DNA of 63,860 nt, counting the filler, from Squatina squatina (taxonomy: Eukaryota): assembly GCA_031763465.1 (NCBI GenBank). It is 4 parts of 4 records of this genome, joined end to end, with 100 filler letters (N's around TTAATTAATTAA, not from the genome) between each part and the next. Parts side by side here need not be neighbours in the genome. Positions count along the whole stretch, not along the records: positions 14,313 to 27,297 come from JARFOE010000219.1; positions 27,398 to 48,457 come from JARFOE010000013.1; 2 more parts are not named here. One strand, 5' to 3'. The notes below the pieces were generated by a model. It saw nothing but the letters and a program-made list of their open reading frames with translations, made no database searches and had not been told where the DNA came from. This document shows, piece by piece, positions 22,567 to 34,735 of this stretch. The stretch's first letter is position 1. Every line of letters begins with the position of its first letter. A program made the position numbers and the translations under genes.

Positions 22567-25183
22567 CTGGAAGAAAATTTACATATTTGGAAGTTATGTC
22601 ATGTCAGACTGCAGTGCAAACAGCTACCAAGAGTACCTATCGCAAGTAAGGATCCATTAATACAACTCAAATCCTGGATCCTGCTGCTGACATGATCAAG
22701 GCCAAAAACCAGCCCAAACTCACACAAACTCCAGATGCAAGTGCATGCAAATAGGTGAACAATGTACTCAGTGATGTAATAATATTTGTATAATTAATTG
22801 TGTCTTTATGATTTTAAAATATGCTTTAAAATTAATATTACTGAATAAAAACATTGCAAAAAAATTAGCTGCTGTAAACCTTCCCAGTGGCCACTATGGT
22901 GTTTTTCACTGAAACTAGAAGCTACAACAAAGCAGAAAACTTACTTACTTTAATGCTATTATTATGTCCAACATATTATGCAAAGCTCCATTAAAATGGA
23001 AAAACAAAACCTGTTGAATAGCCTGTTAGTTGTTATGCATGTATGGATTAAATTCACAACGCCTTTTTAAACCTTTGTTTTCCAGTAGCAGTTCCTAAGG
23101 AAAACCAAGTACATGATTCCATCAAATAGAGATATGTTTTAGGATATAGAATTATAAACAAAATACTTAAAGTGATTCATAAAAACATGACGCTTGGAAG
23201 CATGTTAATAGTGTTTGGCAATGCCCTGATACCGTGCGCAGTCTTGGGTCTGAATGACGCAGTTCTTATCCACCATCTGTTGTGATTGATCTGTTACCCA
23301 CAGAATATGTACATGGTTCACCTCCTCTCTATTGCAGTGTACATCAGCAGTGACACAGTATTTTGATGTGAGTTTATGTTAATCGTGTTGATTTGATTTT
23401 GTTGTTCCTGTGCTGACAGAATATAAATATGATTTAGGTCAGAGCTATTAAACCCAGCCTGCAGTGATGCTTGAAGTCCCTCGTTAGTTATGACTAGCTC
23501 ATCAAACAATAGAACCTACTGTAGAATTCAGTACAAAATGGAGAATGTTGGGCAGGCCAGTAACACAAAATGGAAGACAGGACAACCAGGAGNNNNNNNN
23601 NNNNNNNNNNNNNNNNNNNNNNNNNNNNNNNNNNNNNNNNNNNNNNNNNNNNNNNNNNNNNNNNNNNNNNNNNNNNNNNNNNNNNNNNNNNNGCATGCCT
23701 GCTTGTTTCTTTCAGGGACCCCTGAATTGATAAAGGATACATCCACAAAATAGACTGAAATGATGGATGACGCTACTTCCTTGGAGTATTACAGTGGATC
23801 ATTCAATAATAGCCCGGATTATAACCCAGTCCCCCCGCCGCAAGCAAAATAGGTGGGTTGTTAAAATGATGAGCTGGGATTCGCAACGCATTCTTTAATT
23901 CATCAAAAAATAGACCCGGGAGGGCCGCCTGCTCCGGGCAGGCACGGGCCTACTTTATATTCAAAAGTTGCAGCCTGATAATTCATCGGCACTGCAATGC
24001 AATTTTAATTCCAAAAATCGGGATGTCTACACAGGGCCAAACCTGACAACAAGACTTGGCGTGAGTCAGCAGAGAAGCCAGAAGAATTCAAGGTAAGTAT
24101 ATTTATTGACCTGTTCTGAACAATCCTTGTGGGGCAGGAGAAGCAGGAGTGCTTCCCTGGGCCCTACAAGGTGTCCTTGGGTCTCCTTAGCCCTGGCCTT
24201 GCTTCTCCCTCCCACTATCTGGCTTTTTCTCTCAATGTTCCTCCCTCCAGCACTAACCTCATACCATGCCTATTCCCTTTGTTTCCTGGTGGTGCTGGCT
24301 GCCACTGGAATTCCTGCTCCTGCTCACCAGCCTCGACACCACTCCCGCCAGTTTTGGGTAGGAGCCAGTGCTGCACTATTTAAATTTTAGACTCAAACCT
24401 GCAGCTACTTTCGGTGGTATTGGGACAATGCCCAACACTGGTGGATTCAGATTTCAGGACTTAATTCTGCGCTAGGCTGACTGTATGTGGGAATTCATCT
24501 ATTGGGGCAACTATGGTTGACTTATCAGCAGAGCTAAAACAAAGAATTGTAGAACATGTGTTCAGAACACATCCTATAATGGGATGGTAAAAGACCACAG
24601 AGAGATCTACTGTTGTTCTAGAAATCAAAAGCTTGATATATTGTTGAAGGCAGCAACTGTTGTTTATTGTTCAGAGCATCGTGGTCCTATTATGTCAGAC
24701 AAAAAGTTTTAAACTAACATGTCACAGCGCATTATGCCTGCTTCCCATGGGTGTAAACTAAATTGATGTACTCAGCTTGCCAAGTTTTAGAAAAAGAAAA
24801 CTCATTTCACACCCAAGTTTCTGAACAGGAAATGCCCATTGTAGCTCATTTCTTCCACTATGCATGTGTTGCCATCTTTGTAAAAAGCAGTTTAATGAAA
24901 CGGCCTAAAGCAAGAATAATAATATGTGGTGAGAAAGATAATATGTATAAACTAAAAATAATCCCCAAGGTAAACAGAAATTTTGTTTTGAATTAATCAT
25001 TATAAAATTGGTAGCATTTCAACAAGGGATACAGATAAGTAGAGGATAAAACACAGGAAATTGTTGAATACAATATTTATTCCATGAGCAGGAGACTGTA
25101 TAACTCAAGAGTGACAAACTTGTTAGGAGTAGTACAGGACTCCTTCAGGAGTAGGATACATATCACATTTAACAAGTTCATAC

Positions 25184-26302
25184 ATGGGATTCTCTAATTA
25201 TGATTATTGGCTCATCTCTAACCTCCCTTTCTCCTCTAAAATTCTCAAACATGGCATCTCCTCCCATCTCTGTGTCCATCTGTCCCAAACCTCCCTGTTT
25301 GAATCGTGCCAATTGGGCATCCACCCTGCTCACAGCACTAAGAACACCCTAAACAAAGTTGCAAATAATATCTTTTGTGATTGCAGTGTGTTGTGACTGT
25401 GATTGTGATGTGTTACTCCTCCTTGAGCTCTCCACAGCCAACGGCTGCACCATCCCTCCCTGTTACCTCACCTTCATTGTCCAGCTCCATGGGACTTCCC
25501 TTGGGTAGTTCCACATCTTCCTGTCCCAACACAACTGCTGTATCTCCAGCAATGGCTTCAATTCCCACTTCCATACCATGAGCCATAGAGTCCCTCAGGA
25601 TCTATCCTTGGCGTCTCAGTGGCATCTTCCAGACATGGGGCGAGCTTTCGTACGTATGCTGATGACACCCAGCTCTACTTCTCCACTTACGCCAACCCCA
25701 CATTAGCTTTATTCCAGTCTAAAATCTCCAATATTATTGCTGTGTTGTCTTACATAGTTCTCTGATCTGCCTCTAGGTCTCCACCTCTATCGCATCTCCA
25801 CTGTTTGATGGCCTGTAATGCACACCATTGTACCATTTCTCTTCCTATTTCTCAACTTTATCCCATCCTTTCTGATCTGCAATGCCTCAACATTGAAAAT
25901 CCTTGTTCTCATCTTCCAATCCCTCTATGGCCTTATCATTCCCTATCCCTGCAATCTCCTTCAGCCTTATATCCTCCCCCACACCCTTTGGTTCCCCTGA
26001 CTCTGGTATGTTGTGCAGTTCCCCAGCCCTTTCACCTCAGCATTGGTGGCAGCCTTCAGCTACCTCAATCCTACTCTCTAAAACTCCCTCTCTAAACCCT
26101 CTGGCTCTAACTTCTCTCTCTCTGCCTTCAGGAGCCTTCTCAAAATCTGTCTTTTTTTCATCAAGCTTTTGGTCGCTTCTCATAAATCTTGCACTAGGGC
26201 TTGTTGTTCGTTCCTTTTATCTATAAATTTCCCTCTGCTCTCTATAAAAAAGCCTTGGGACATTTTCTATGTTAAAGACGGTGTATAACTGCAGGCTGTT
26301 TG
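25184..26302 (+). mobile_element. Decayed L2-clade LINE (RT region and 3' tail)
   Basis: ISNLPFSSKIL, HSTKNTLNKV, VPQDLS (VPQGS-like), YADDTQLY; tail CCTTGGGACATTTTCTATGTTAAAGACGGTGTATAA. Confidence 0.85.
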
Positions 26303-26789
26303 AATATTGTATTTCAGAAGTCTAGTTTTGGTGCTGTATAATGGTACTACGGTAGCAGGGTGCTATAAAGTATTTTGCAGAATGCTTAGCCACGATCACC
26401 ATAAATATGCATGTGATGTCATCCAGTGGCAGGTGATGGTTGAAGCCATATATATCTGTTGGTATTAGGATGTGGTGAGTAGGTCCAGTTTACTCAATTT
26501 ATTTTGATATTATTTTGATTGTTTATAATTTTATTTATTAGCTATAGTAATTAGTTTGACTTGATTAAGTAGTTGGTTCGAGGGGGTTTGAATTTATTTT
26601 GCGACAGTTTTATTTTAGCAAGTATTAATTATTTGTGGTTCTGACTGTTGAAAGTACAGCAGCAGATAAAAAGCTCGGGTTGTCATGGTAACATCTCGCA
26701 CTTGCCAGTTCTGTGAGCCAGCGTGCAGCTATTTGATTTCAGTTTTCAGCTGCTAGTGGCTCTCTGGAAAGTAGCACCCGTTAAGTTTT

Positions 26790-27116
26790 GATGGGGTAAA
26801 TTGTGACAGGTTCTTTCCACTGGTTGGCAGGAACAAGAGGACACAAATTTAAGATAATCACAAAAAGGGTTAAAGAGGAGGTCAGAAGGAATTTCTTTAC
26901 GCAGAGTGGTTAAAATGTGGAATTCTCTGCCACAAACCATTGTTGAAGCAGAGTCCATAAGTTCTTTGAAAAGAGAATTAGATAGTTGCTTGCAAAGGAA
27001 GAATATTGAAGGCTAGAGGAGTGAGGAGAGTGGTTGGACTTGATGGCTCGTGATTAGAAACACTGGCACAGATATGATGCGCTGAATGGCTTGTTTCCAT
27101 GCTGTAACATTCTTGG
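26790..27116 (+). mobile_element. CR1 LINE 3' end
   Basis: RRNFFTQRVVKMWNSLPQ-type coding and GCTGAATGGCTTG tail. Confidence 0.8.
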
Positions 27117-27297
27117 ATTCCACCTTTCACCCGCCAGCCTCCATGTTCAACGGATCATCCGTTGCCATTTCCGCCACCTCCAGCGTGATCCCACGACCAA
27201 ACACATTTTTCCCTCCCCTCCCCTTTCAGCATTCCGAAGGGACCGCTCCCTCCGCGACCCCCTGGTCCACACCCTCATTACCCCTAGCACCCCCTCC
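27117..27297 (+). mobile_element. Penelope-like element ORF fragment (RT to GIY-YIG linker)
   Basis: HVQRIIRCHFRHLQRDPTTKHIFPSPPLSAFRRDRSLRDPLVH is characteristic of fish/shark Penelope-like elements. Confidence 0.85.
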
Positions 27298-27397
27298 NNN
27301 NNNNNNNNNNNNNNNNNNNNNNNNNNNNNNNNNNNNNNNNNTTAATTAATTAANNNNNNNNNNNNNNNNNNNNNNNNNNNNNNNNNNNNNNNNNNNN
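27298..27397. other. Artificial scaffold spacer N44-TTAATTAATTAA-N44
   Basis: Same linker as 14213-14312. Confidence 0.97.
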
Positions 27398-30300
27398 GCC
27401 GGTTTTGGTCTGGTGAAAACCGATCGGGCTGACTGGTACTGTCCGCCTTGTCACTCGACAACTGTTGCTTGCTGCTTTGGCGGCTCTCGCTAACGGGAGA
27501 AAGCTGACTGGAAGAGGCCTGTGGCTGGTCCTCTGTTTTTTTTGGAGTGGACAAGTGGCTGCCCTGAACTTCTTCATCGCCCTGACTTTGGCCACCAACA
27601 ATCTCCTGGGGGACACTTCCATGTTGAACACTATTCGGCTGATGTTCCTGACCGGGTTTCTCTTCCGCTTCCCGTTTGCTGCCTTCGCCGCTTGAATGCT
27701 TCTTCTCTTGCCGATTGTTTCTGGAAGACGACGAGGAAGATGAAGGAGAGGACGACAGATTCTTTTCTTCCAACGTCAACGTAGAATTCTTGGGAACTAT
27801 CACAATGGATTGCAAGCGGTTCCTAGGGGCTCCGCCGTCGTCGGAATCGGAGCTCGTTTCACTTTCTTCGCTGTCCTGCTCACTGCTACTCTTGACATCC
27901 TCTGAACAGTCGTCATTTTCAGAGCTCACGCTGTTGCACACTGCCTTCATAGAGCTGCTGTCACAGTAAGACTTGGTTTTGTAATTCTGTAAACTGTGTT
28001 CCGCTTCATTTGAGCTGGTCAGGTCAGCAGTGCTCAAAGGCGGTGGCCCCTCAGCCACCTCCATGGCCAATTCTTCATCGGTCTCTTCCTCATCTTCAGA
28101 AACTTCCATCGACTGCTCTGGCTCCACTTTNNNNNNNNNNNNNNNNNNNNNNNNNNNNNNNNNNNNNNNNNNNNNNNNNNNNNNNNNNNNNNNNNNNNNN
28201 NNNNNNNNNNNNNNNNNNNNNNNNNNNNNNNNNNNNNNNNNNNNNNNNNNNNNNNNNNNNNNNNNNNNNNNNNNNNNNNNNNNNNNNNNNNNNNNNNNNN
28301 NNNNNNNNNNNNNNNNNNNNNNNNNNNNNNNNNNNNNNNNNNNNNNNNNNNNNNNNNNNNNNNNNNNNNNNNNNNNNNNNNNNNNNNNNNNNNNNNNNNN
28401 NNNNNNNNNNNNNNNNNNNNNNNNNNNNNNNNNNNNNNNNNNNNNNNNNNNNNNNNNNNNNNNNNNNNNNNNNNNNNNNNNNNNNNNNNNNNNNNNNNNN
28501 NNNNNNNNNNNNNNNNNNNNNNNNNNNNNNNNNNNNNNNNNNNNNNNNNNNNNNNNNNNNNNNNNNNNNNNNNNNNNNNNNNNNNNNNNNNNNNNNNNNN
28601 NNNNNNNNNNNNNNNNNNNNNNNNNNNNNNNNNNNNNNNNNNNNNNNNNNNNNNNNNNNNNNNNNNNNNNNNNNNNNNNNNNNNNNNNNNNNNNNNNNNN
28701 NNNNNNNNNNNNNNNNNNNNNNNNNNNNNNNNNNNNNNNNNNNNNNNNNNNNNNNNNNNNNNNNNNNNNNNNNNNNNNNNNNNNNNNNNNNNNNNNNNNN
28801 NNNNNNNNNNNNNNNNNNNNNNNNNNNNNNNNNNNNNNNNNNNNNNNNNNNNNNNNNNNNNNNNNNNNNNNNNNNNNNNNNNNNNNNNNNTCCCTGTCAG
28901 ATGTAGAAGGGGGTGAAGTCCTCATCATATGGGATCTGGAACTAGATGTAGTTATCCTTGACTTCCGATCTGACTTACAGCTTGCCCAGGACTCTAATTC
29001 CGGTTCTGGTTCAGAAGAGTCCATTTTAGTTACTTCCATTTCATAGCAAGTAGTTGGGGTTACCATTGAGTTCATGTCTGACCTACTGTTAGCCCATGAG
29101 TCCAACTCTGGCCCTGTAGAATCCATCTTAACTACTTCCATTTCATAGCAAGTAGTTGACTTCAAATGAGATGGGGTTACCATTGAGTTCTTGTCTGATC
29201 TACTGTTAGTCCATGAGTCCACTTCTGGTTCGGAAGAGTCCATTTTAACTACCTCCATTTCACAACAAGTAGTTGATTTAGAATGTAATGGGGATACCAT
29301 TGAATTAATATCAGGCTTGTGACTTTTCCTGGCATCGGATTCAAGCGCTGGACAGTCCCCTTGAATTGCCTCCATTCCACAGTAAATGGATGACTTGGAA
29401 TGAGATGGAACGGTCTTTGAGCTACTGTCCAGCTTAGAACATTTCCTCAAGTCAATTTCTGGTTCTGGGGAGTCCTTCTTTACTGCTAACTCATGGCAAG
29501 AGGTTACAGATTTGGAATGAGATGAAGTTGTCCTCAAATGACCATCAGACTTGGAGATTTTCCTGCAGTCCAATTCCGGGTCAGACAAGTTTGTTTTAAC
29601 TGCCTCTGGTTTATGACAAGAAGTTGATGACTTTGAATGGTATGAAGATATCTTTGAATGACTGTCTGATCTGGATAATTTCCTGGAATCTAATTCTGGT
29701 TCAGCAGAATTAATTTTAGAGCTTTCTGGCTCATAGCAAGATGCTGATGCTCTAGATATTTTATCTGACTTAGAATGAGATTTAGTCCTTCTAGTCTCTC
29801 TTTCTGACTCAGAGCAGGACGAAGTTGCCCTTAGATCTCTATCCGACCGTGACTGGTATTTCCTCGAGTCTCTGTAGGATTTAGAATGCAATGAAGTCCT
29901 TNNNNNNNNNNNNNNNNNNNNNNNNTACCTTCTGGAATCTTCTTCGGAATCTGAACAAGAGGAAGCATCTCTTAAATCAGACCCCAATTTGGAACGAGAA
30001 GATTTATTCCTTTCTGAGTAAGGGGAGCCTCTACGATATCCTCTGTCTTTATCACGGTAATAAGAGGTCCTCGATCGGTCTGACTTCGAGTAAGAAGACG
30101 GTGCCCTTGAATCTCTATCGAAGCGGGATCGGGATGAACTGACTCTTTCCTCTCTCCCATACTTTGAGCGGGATGAAGTCCTTCTTGTATCTCGCTCAGA
30201 CTTGAAACGATCGCTGCTCCTCTTATCTCGCTCAGACCTGGAATGAGAGGAAACCTTTTCTACCTCATCGATTTTGGAAGCCATTGGATTTTTCCTAACA

Positions 30301-31016
30301 TCTCGATCAGATTCAGCGTTTTTCGTGTCCTGCAACTTCAAACTAGGCGACTTCCTTAATAAATCCACCTCAGACTCCGAACCAGCTGATTGTACTTGCA
30401 CTGCTTCTTCTGCCTGAGTAACCTTCCTAAGCTCATCGTTTTCAGAAGATGAGGAGACATTCTTGAACTCCTCCAAGTTATCACCCTTCCCAATGTGGGA
30501 GGTACTGAGATTCTGATTTGGCGGTTTCGGTTCAACAGTCACCTTTGTCACAGTTTCACTTCCTACTGCAGAATCTTTCTTGACTGCTACATCCACAGGT
30601 TCCTCCACCGACGAGCTACATGGTTCCCTGTCCAATAAACTCGCAGGTTTGGCTGCATCGTTGAGATGCTTTTTCTTGAAGTGCACCTTGCTCCACTCTA
30701 CCTTGGATTTGGGTGGTGAAGTAGCAGTCTCTGTAGTATCGGCCGAATCAGTGTCACTTTTACTGTCCTGGCTCCCTTTCACAGAAATCAGAGGCAATGT
30801 CAGAGCTGGAATCTTGACTTCATCTGGCTCAGTCCCAATGGCACTTTGGAACCTATTTCGTAAGGTCTTTGTTACATTGAAGGTAAAAGACACCTTCTGC
30901 CGTCCTTGGTCCTCCAGGTTGACTTTTGCCTTGGTGCCCTTGGGTAGAAAACGACTACAGCCTTTTGTCACTTGCCCCTTGAGAACATTCAATACCCATG
31001 GATTCTCCGCCTTGAC
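27398..31016 (-). CDS. SETD2: Histone H3K36 methyltransferase SETD2, giant exon (human exon 3 equivalent), gapped and truncated
   Basis: SRFLPKGTKAKVNLEDQGRQKVSF, SPPKSKVEWSKVHFKK and SDSDDGGAPRNRLQSIVIVPKNSTL match human SETD2; acceptor CCGTTGCAG|GTCAAG in phase 0. Confidence 0.95.
28930..29741 (-). repeat. Seven coding tandem repeats of ~34-40 aa inside SETD2
   Basis: Units such as TCYEMEVVKMDSTGPELDSWANSRSDMNSMVTP and SCHKPEAVKTNLSDPELDCRKISKSDGHLRTTSSHSKS. Confidence 0.85.
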
Positions 31017-31401
31017 CTGCAACGGTATTGCGCACATTTTAGATACAGCTCTGCAAGTTCACGTTCATTTCATTAAATTCAATCTCAAAGGAATGCCAAT
31101 CATGGCAACAGGTCTTTATGCCAGATGCATGAACAGTGCATCCCAAAGCTCTCAGTTTCTGATGACTATGCTGATCCCAGTTACAATTGCTCTCAGTACA
31201 CTTGTGCTAGGGAAGGCATATTTTCCCCTCTATAAAGGTAGGGCAGAGGATAGTTACCCAATGACCGCCCCTGTTAGAAAAGTGCACGTGGACATCAGCT
31301 GAGGACAGGATTGGGCACAGTGGTGGTGCGTCCCACAGTCATATAGCCTGCTCATTGTCTGGACACTGGACATGAAGACTGGCCAATTAGGTGAGGAATT
31401 A

Positions 31402-31898
31402 TAGGCAGTGCAAAAAAGGTTCACTAGATTGATCCGAGATGAGAGGATTGACCTTTGAGAAGAGATTGAGCCTATACTTTCTGGAGTTTAGAAGAATGAG
31501 AGGTGATTTCATTGAAATACAAGATACAAGAGGGATTGACAGGGTAGATGCTGAGAGGCAGATTCCCCAGGCTGAAGTGTCTAGAACTAGGGGGCATAGG
31601 CTCAGGATAAGGGGTAGGCCATTTAAGACTGAGATAAGGAGGAATTTCTTCTCTCAGAGGGTTGTAAATCTTTGGAATTCTCTACCCCAAAGGGCTGTGG
31701 GTGCTGAGTCATTGAGTATATTCAAGGCTGGAATCGATAGATTTTTGGACTCCATGGGGAATCAAGGGATATGGAGATTGGGCGGAAAAGTGGAGTTGAG
31801 GTCGATGATCAGCTGTGATCTTATTGAATAGTGGAGTAAGTTTGAAGGGCCATGTGGCCTACTCCTGCTGCTAATTCTCATGTTCTTATGTTCTTATG
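31402..31898 (+). mobile_element. CR1 LINE 3' end
   Basis: LEFRRMRGDFIE...TRGHRLRIRGRPFKTEIRRNFFSQRVVNLWNSLPQ; tail (TTCTTATG)n. Confidence 0.9.
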
Positions 31899-32424
31899 AG
31901 CAACAGCAGCCTTCGACTAGCTCTGCTGAAGACAGCTCATAGGCGTAGTAGAGTGAGGAAACCTTCTTATAAGTAACGCACTTGGGTGATCACAGAATAC
32001 CGTGCAATCACGGACCAGAATTTAATGTAGCTTGTGAACAAACGCTGCCCGCTGTTCATTAGATGGCCCATGCCCATTTAATTTCTATGAACCTTTACAG
32101 TGCAAGTTGTATGTTAGAGATAAAAACAGGTACAGAAATCAAAATAAAGGGAAGGCAAGACTGGATTAAGAGACAGAGAAAAAAGATACAGGAAGAAAAA
32201 GTAAAAAAAAATTACTTTTTTTAAGAGAATCTTCAACAATAATTAAAAGCTGAGGGAATGAAATTCCACACTTATACAAGTTAATATTCAGTGCCTGAGA
32301 GTTTGTTTGGCAGTAATTAAGACTCATCACACTGTTAAAAATGGTACTTAGACTGAAATGAACAAGCCCCAATTTTCTGTGGCGAGCTTAATCCGTATCT
32401 ATCATACAAGTTTATAAAACTAGT

Positions 32425-32792
32425 TATGAAACACTGGTTCGGCCCCAGCTAGAGTATTGTGTCCAGTTCTGGGCACTAGACTTTAAGAAGGACGTGGAGG
32501 CTTTGGAGAGGGTACAGAGGAGATTTACTAGANNNNNNNNNNNNNNNNNNNNNNNNNNNNNNNNNNNNNNNNNNNNNNNNNNNNNNNNNNNNNNNNNNNN
32601 NNNNNNNNNNNNNNNNNNNNNNNNNNNNNNNNGGACTGAGATGAGGAGAAATTTCTTCACTCAGAGGGTGGTGAATCTTTGGAATTCTCTACCACAGAGG
32701 GCTGTGGAGACTCAGTCATTGAGCATATTCAAGACAGAGATTGATAGATTTCTAGATATTAATGGCATTAAGGGATATGGGGATAGTGCAGT
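32425..32792 (+). mobile_element. CR1 LINE 3' fragment(s) across a gap
   Basis: [14 protein letters not shown]...[11 protein letters not shown]...RRNFFTQRVVNLWNSLPQ. Confidence 0.9.
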
Positions 32793-32821
32793 AGATTGTT
32801 ATGATCTCAGGATGTACTTAC

Positions 32822-32840
32822 AGGAACAGGCAGTGGCAGA
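32822..32840 (-). CDS. SETD2: Candidate SETD2 micro-exon 2 (19 nt, (D)LPLPVP)
   Basis: Pyrimidine tract, rare GAG acceptor, GTAAGT donor; 19 nt converts phase 2 (exon 1) to phase 0 (giant exon). Confidence 0.45.
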
Positions 32841-33398
32841 CTCGGATATAAACACACACACAGTAGAGACAGAGAGAGGGGAAGAAATATGTCAGACTTC
32901 ACTGCTCCAATCCTTGTACTTTGACCAAGGACACACATGGCTTGGCCTGATATCATATTACAAGTAAACTCGTGCATCGGTTGTGCCTTGTGTGGTGAGG
33001 TGGGTGGAAAGTTGATATGACTGACAGGAACCAGATTCCAATCTTATCACAACTCCAACAAAAGCTTAATCACACTAAGTTTGTGAATTTTTGAAGCCTG
33101 ACACAGTACTCTCATTGCTCTGAAAACACATCTATTTCACACAGCGTCAGAGAATTTTTGAACTGGAACATTATAGGCTGCATGAATGCAAACAGTCCTG
33201 GTCTATACATCCTGCATCAACTCACTTAAAGTGTGTTTACATTAGTGCACCATTTATATCTGCTGCCGAGTTTAACTTTCAGATGGTATGATCCAACACT
33301 CGCAGAGAGATGGCATGGTCAGAAGGTAAATGTATATTTCGATGCCAGAGAATTGCACAAGGCGTCCTTGAATTCCCATCACTGAATAGTGCAACAGG

Positions 33399-33968
33399 AT
33401 CACTGCGAGGACATCCTCCATTGCGTAGTGTGACACCATCATTGTGAGGATACCCTCCATCGTGTAGTATGTCACCATCACCGTGAGGACACGGTCCGTC
33501 GTGTAGTATGTCACCATCACCGTGAGAACACACTCTGTCATGTAGCGGGACACCATTACCGTAAGAATATCCTCCATCGTGTAGTGGGACACTATTACCG
33601 TGAGGACAAGCCCCACCATGTAGTGTGACACCATCACCGTGAGGACACGCTCCATCGTGTAGTGGGACACCATCACCGTGAGGACACGCTCCATCGTGTA
33701 GTGGGTCACCATCACCATGAGGACATTCTCCATCGTGTAGCGTGACACTATTACCGTGAGGACATGTTCCATCGTGTAGTGGGACACCATCACCGTGAGG
33801 ACATCCTCCATCGTGTAATGGGCCACCATCACCGTGAGGACACCCTCTGTCGTATAGTGGCCAACATCACCGTGAGGTCATCCTCAGTCATGTAATGTGA
33901 CACCATCACCATGAGGACATCCTGCATCGTGTTGTGGGACACCATCACCGTGAGGACATCCTCCATCA
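33399..33968. repeat. 39-bp minisatellite, about 14-15 copies, running into a gap
   Basis: Consensus CACCATCACCGTGAGGACAYSCTCCATCGTGTAGTGGGA, head-to-tail. Confidence 0.92.
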
Positions 33969-34139
33969 NNNNNNNNNNNNNNNNNNNNNNNNNNNNNNNN
34001 NNNNNNNNNNNNNNNNNNNNNNNNNNNNNNNNNNNNNNNNNNNNNNNNNNNNNNNNNNNNNNNNNNNNCAGCCATGATCGTATTGACTGGCGGAGCAGGC
34101 TTGAAGGGCCGAATGTCCTACTCCTGCTCCTATTTTCTA

Positions 34140-34438
34140 CGAGATGTTAACCCGAGGCCCTGTCTGCCCTCTCAAGTGGATGTTAAAGATCCCAAAGCAC
34201 GATTCAAAGAGCAGGGGAGCTCTCCCTGGTGTCCTGGCCAATATTTATCCCTCACCACCATCACCAAAAACAGATTATTTGGTTAATTATCTCACTGTTG
34301 TTTGTACGACCTTGCTGTGCGCAAATTGGCTGCCACATTACCCTATGATACAACAGTGACTACATTTCATTGGCTATGAAGTACTTTGGGGCATCCTGTG
34401 GTAGTGAAAGGTGTTATAGAAACGCAGTTCATTTCTTC
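34140..34438 (+). mobile_element. DeuSINE (SacSINE1-like), 5'-truncated
   Basis: GAGATGTTAACCCGAGGCCCTGTCTGCCCTCTCAAGTGGATG...CTTGCTGTGCGCAAATTGGCTGCC, homologous to 4103-4522. Confidence 0.85.
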
Positions 34439-34544
34439 AGGAGAAACCTCAGGGTTGGGGGAGGGCTGTGCTGATTATTTTTTCTTATTCCATAACTGAA
34501 GTAACAGGGCTAGACCGTAACAGACAAAAAATACATAGGAAAGC

Positions 34545-34735
34545 AAAACAAACATATTAATCACTAGAAATCCACGTCAGGACAGACAGCATCTGAAGGA
34601 GTAAATAAAAAAGCAAGTCAATGCTTCTGGTGCCTCCCCGTTCAATTCTGGTGAAGGGTCCTCACCCACAACATGAAGCCAGCTTTATTTACCCTCTCTG
34701 AGACTGACCTGCTGTGTATTTCCAGAATATTCTGT
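34545..34735. mobile_element. Older Penelope-derived foldback element
   Basis: Imperfect inverted arms around decayed core CTGGTGAAGGGTCCTCACCC; CTGACCTGCTGTGTATTTCCAG. Confidence 0.55.

Noticed and set aside
26679-26692. RFX X-box-like GTTGTCATGGTAAC
   Set aside because: Lies between LINE fragments with no associated gene start
27342-31037. 1231-aa ORF as a complete protein
   Set aside because: It starts in intron sequence, ends in the artificial linker and spans gaps; it is one SETD2 exon
30580-31302. 240-aa + strand ORF
   Set aside because: Antisense shadow of the SETD2 exon continuing into intron/repeat sequence
33399-33968. CRISPR-like array
   Set aside because: Units are head-to-tail with no unique spacers, no cas genes, and the DNA is vertebrate
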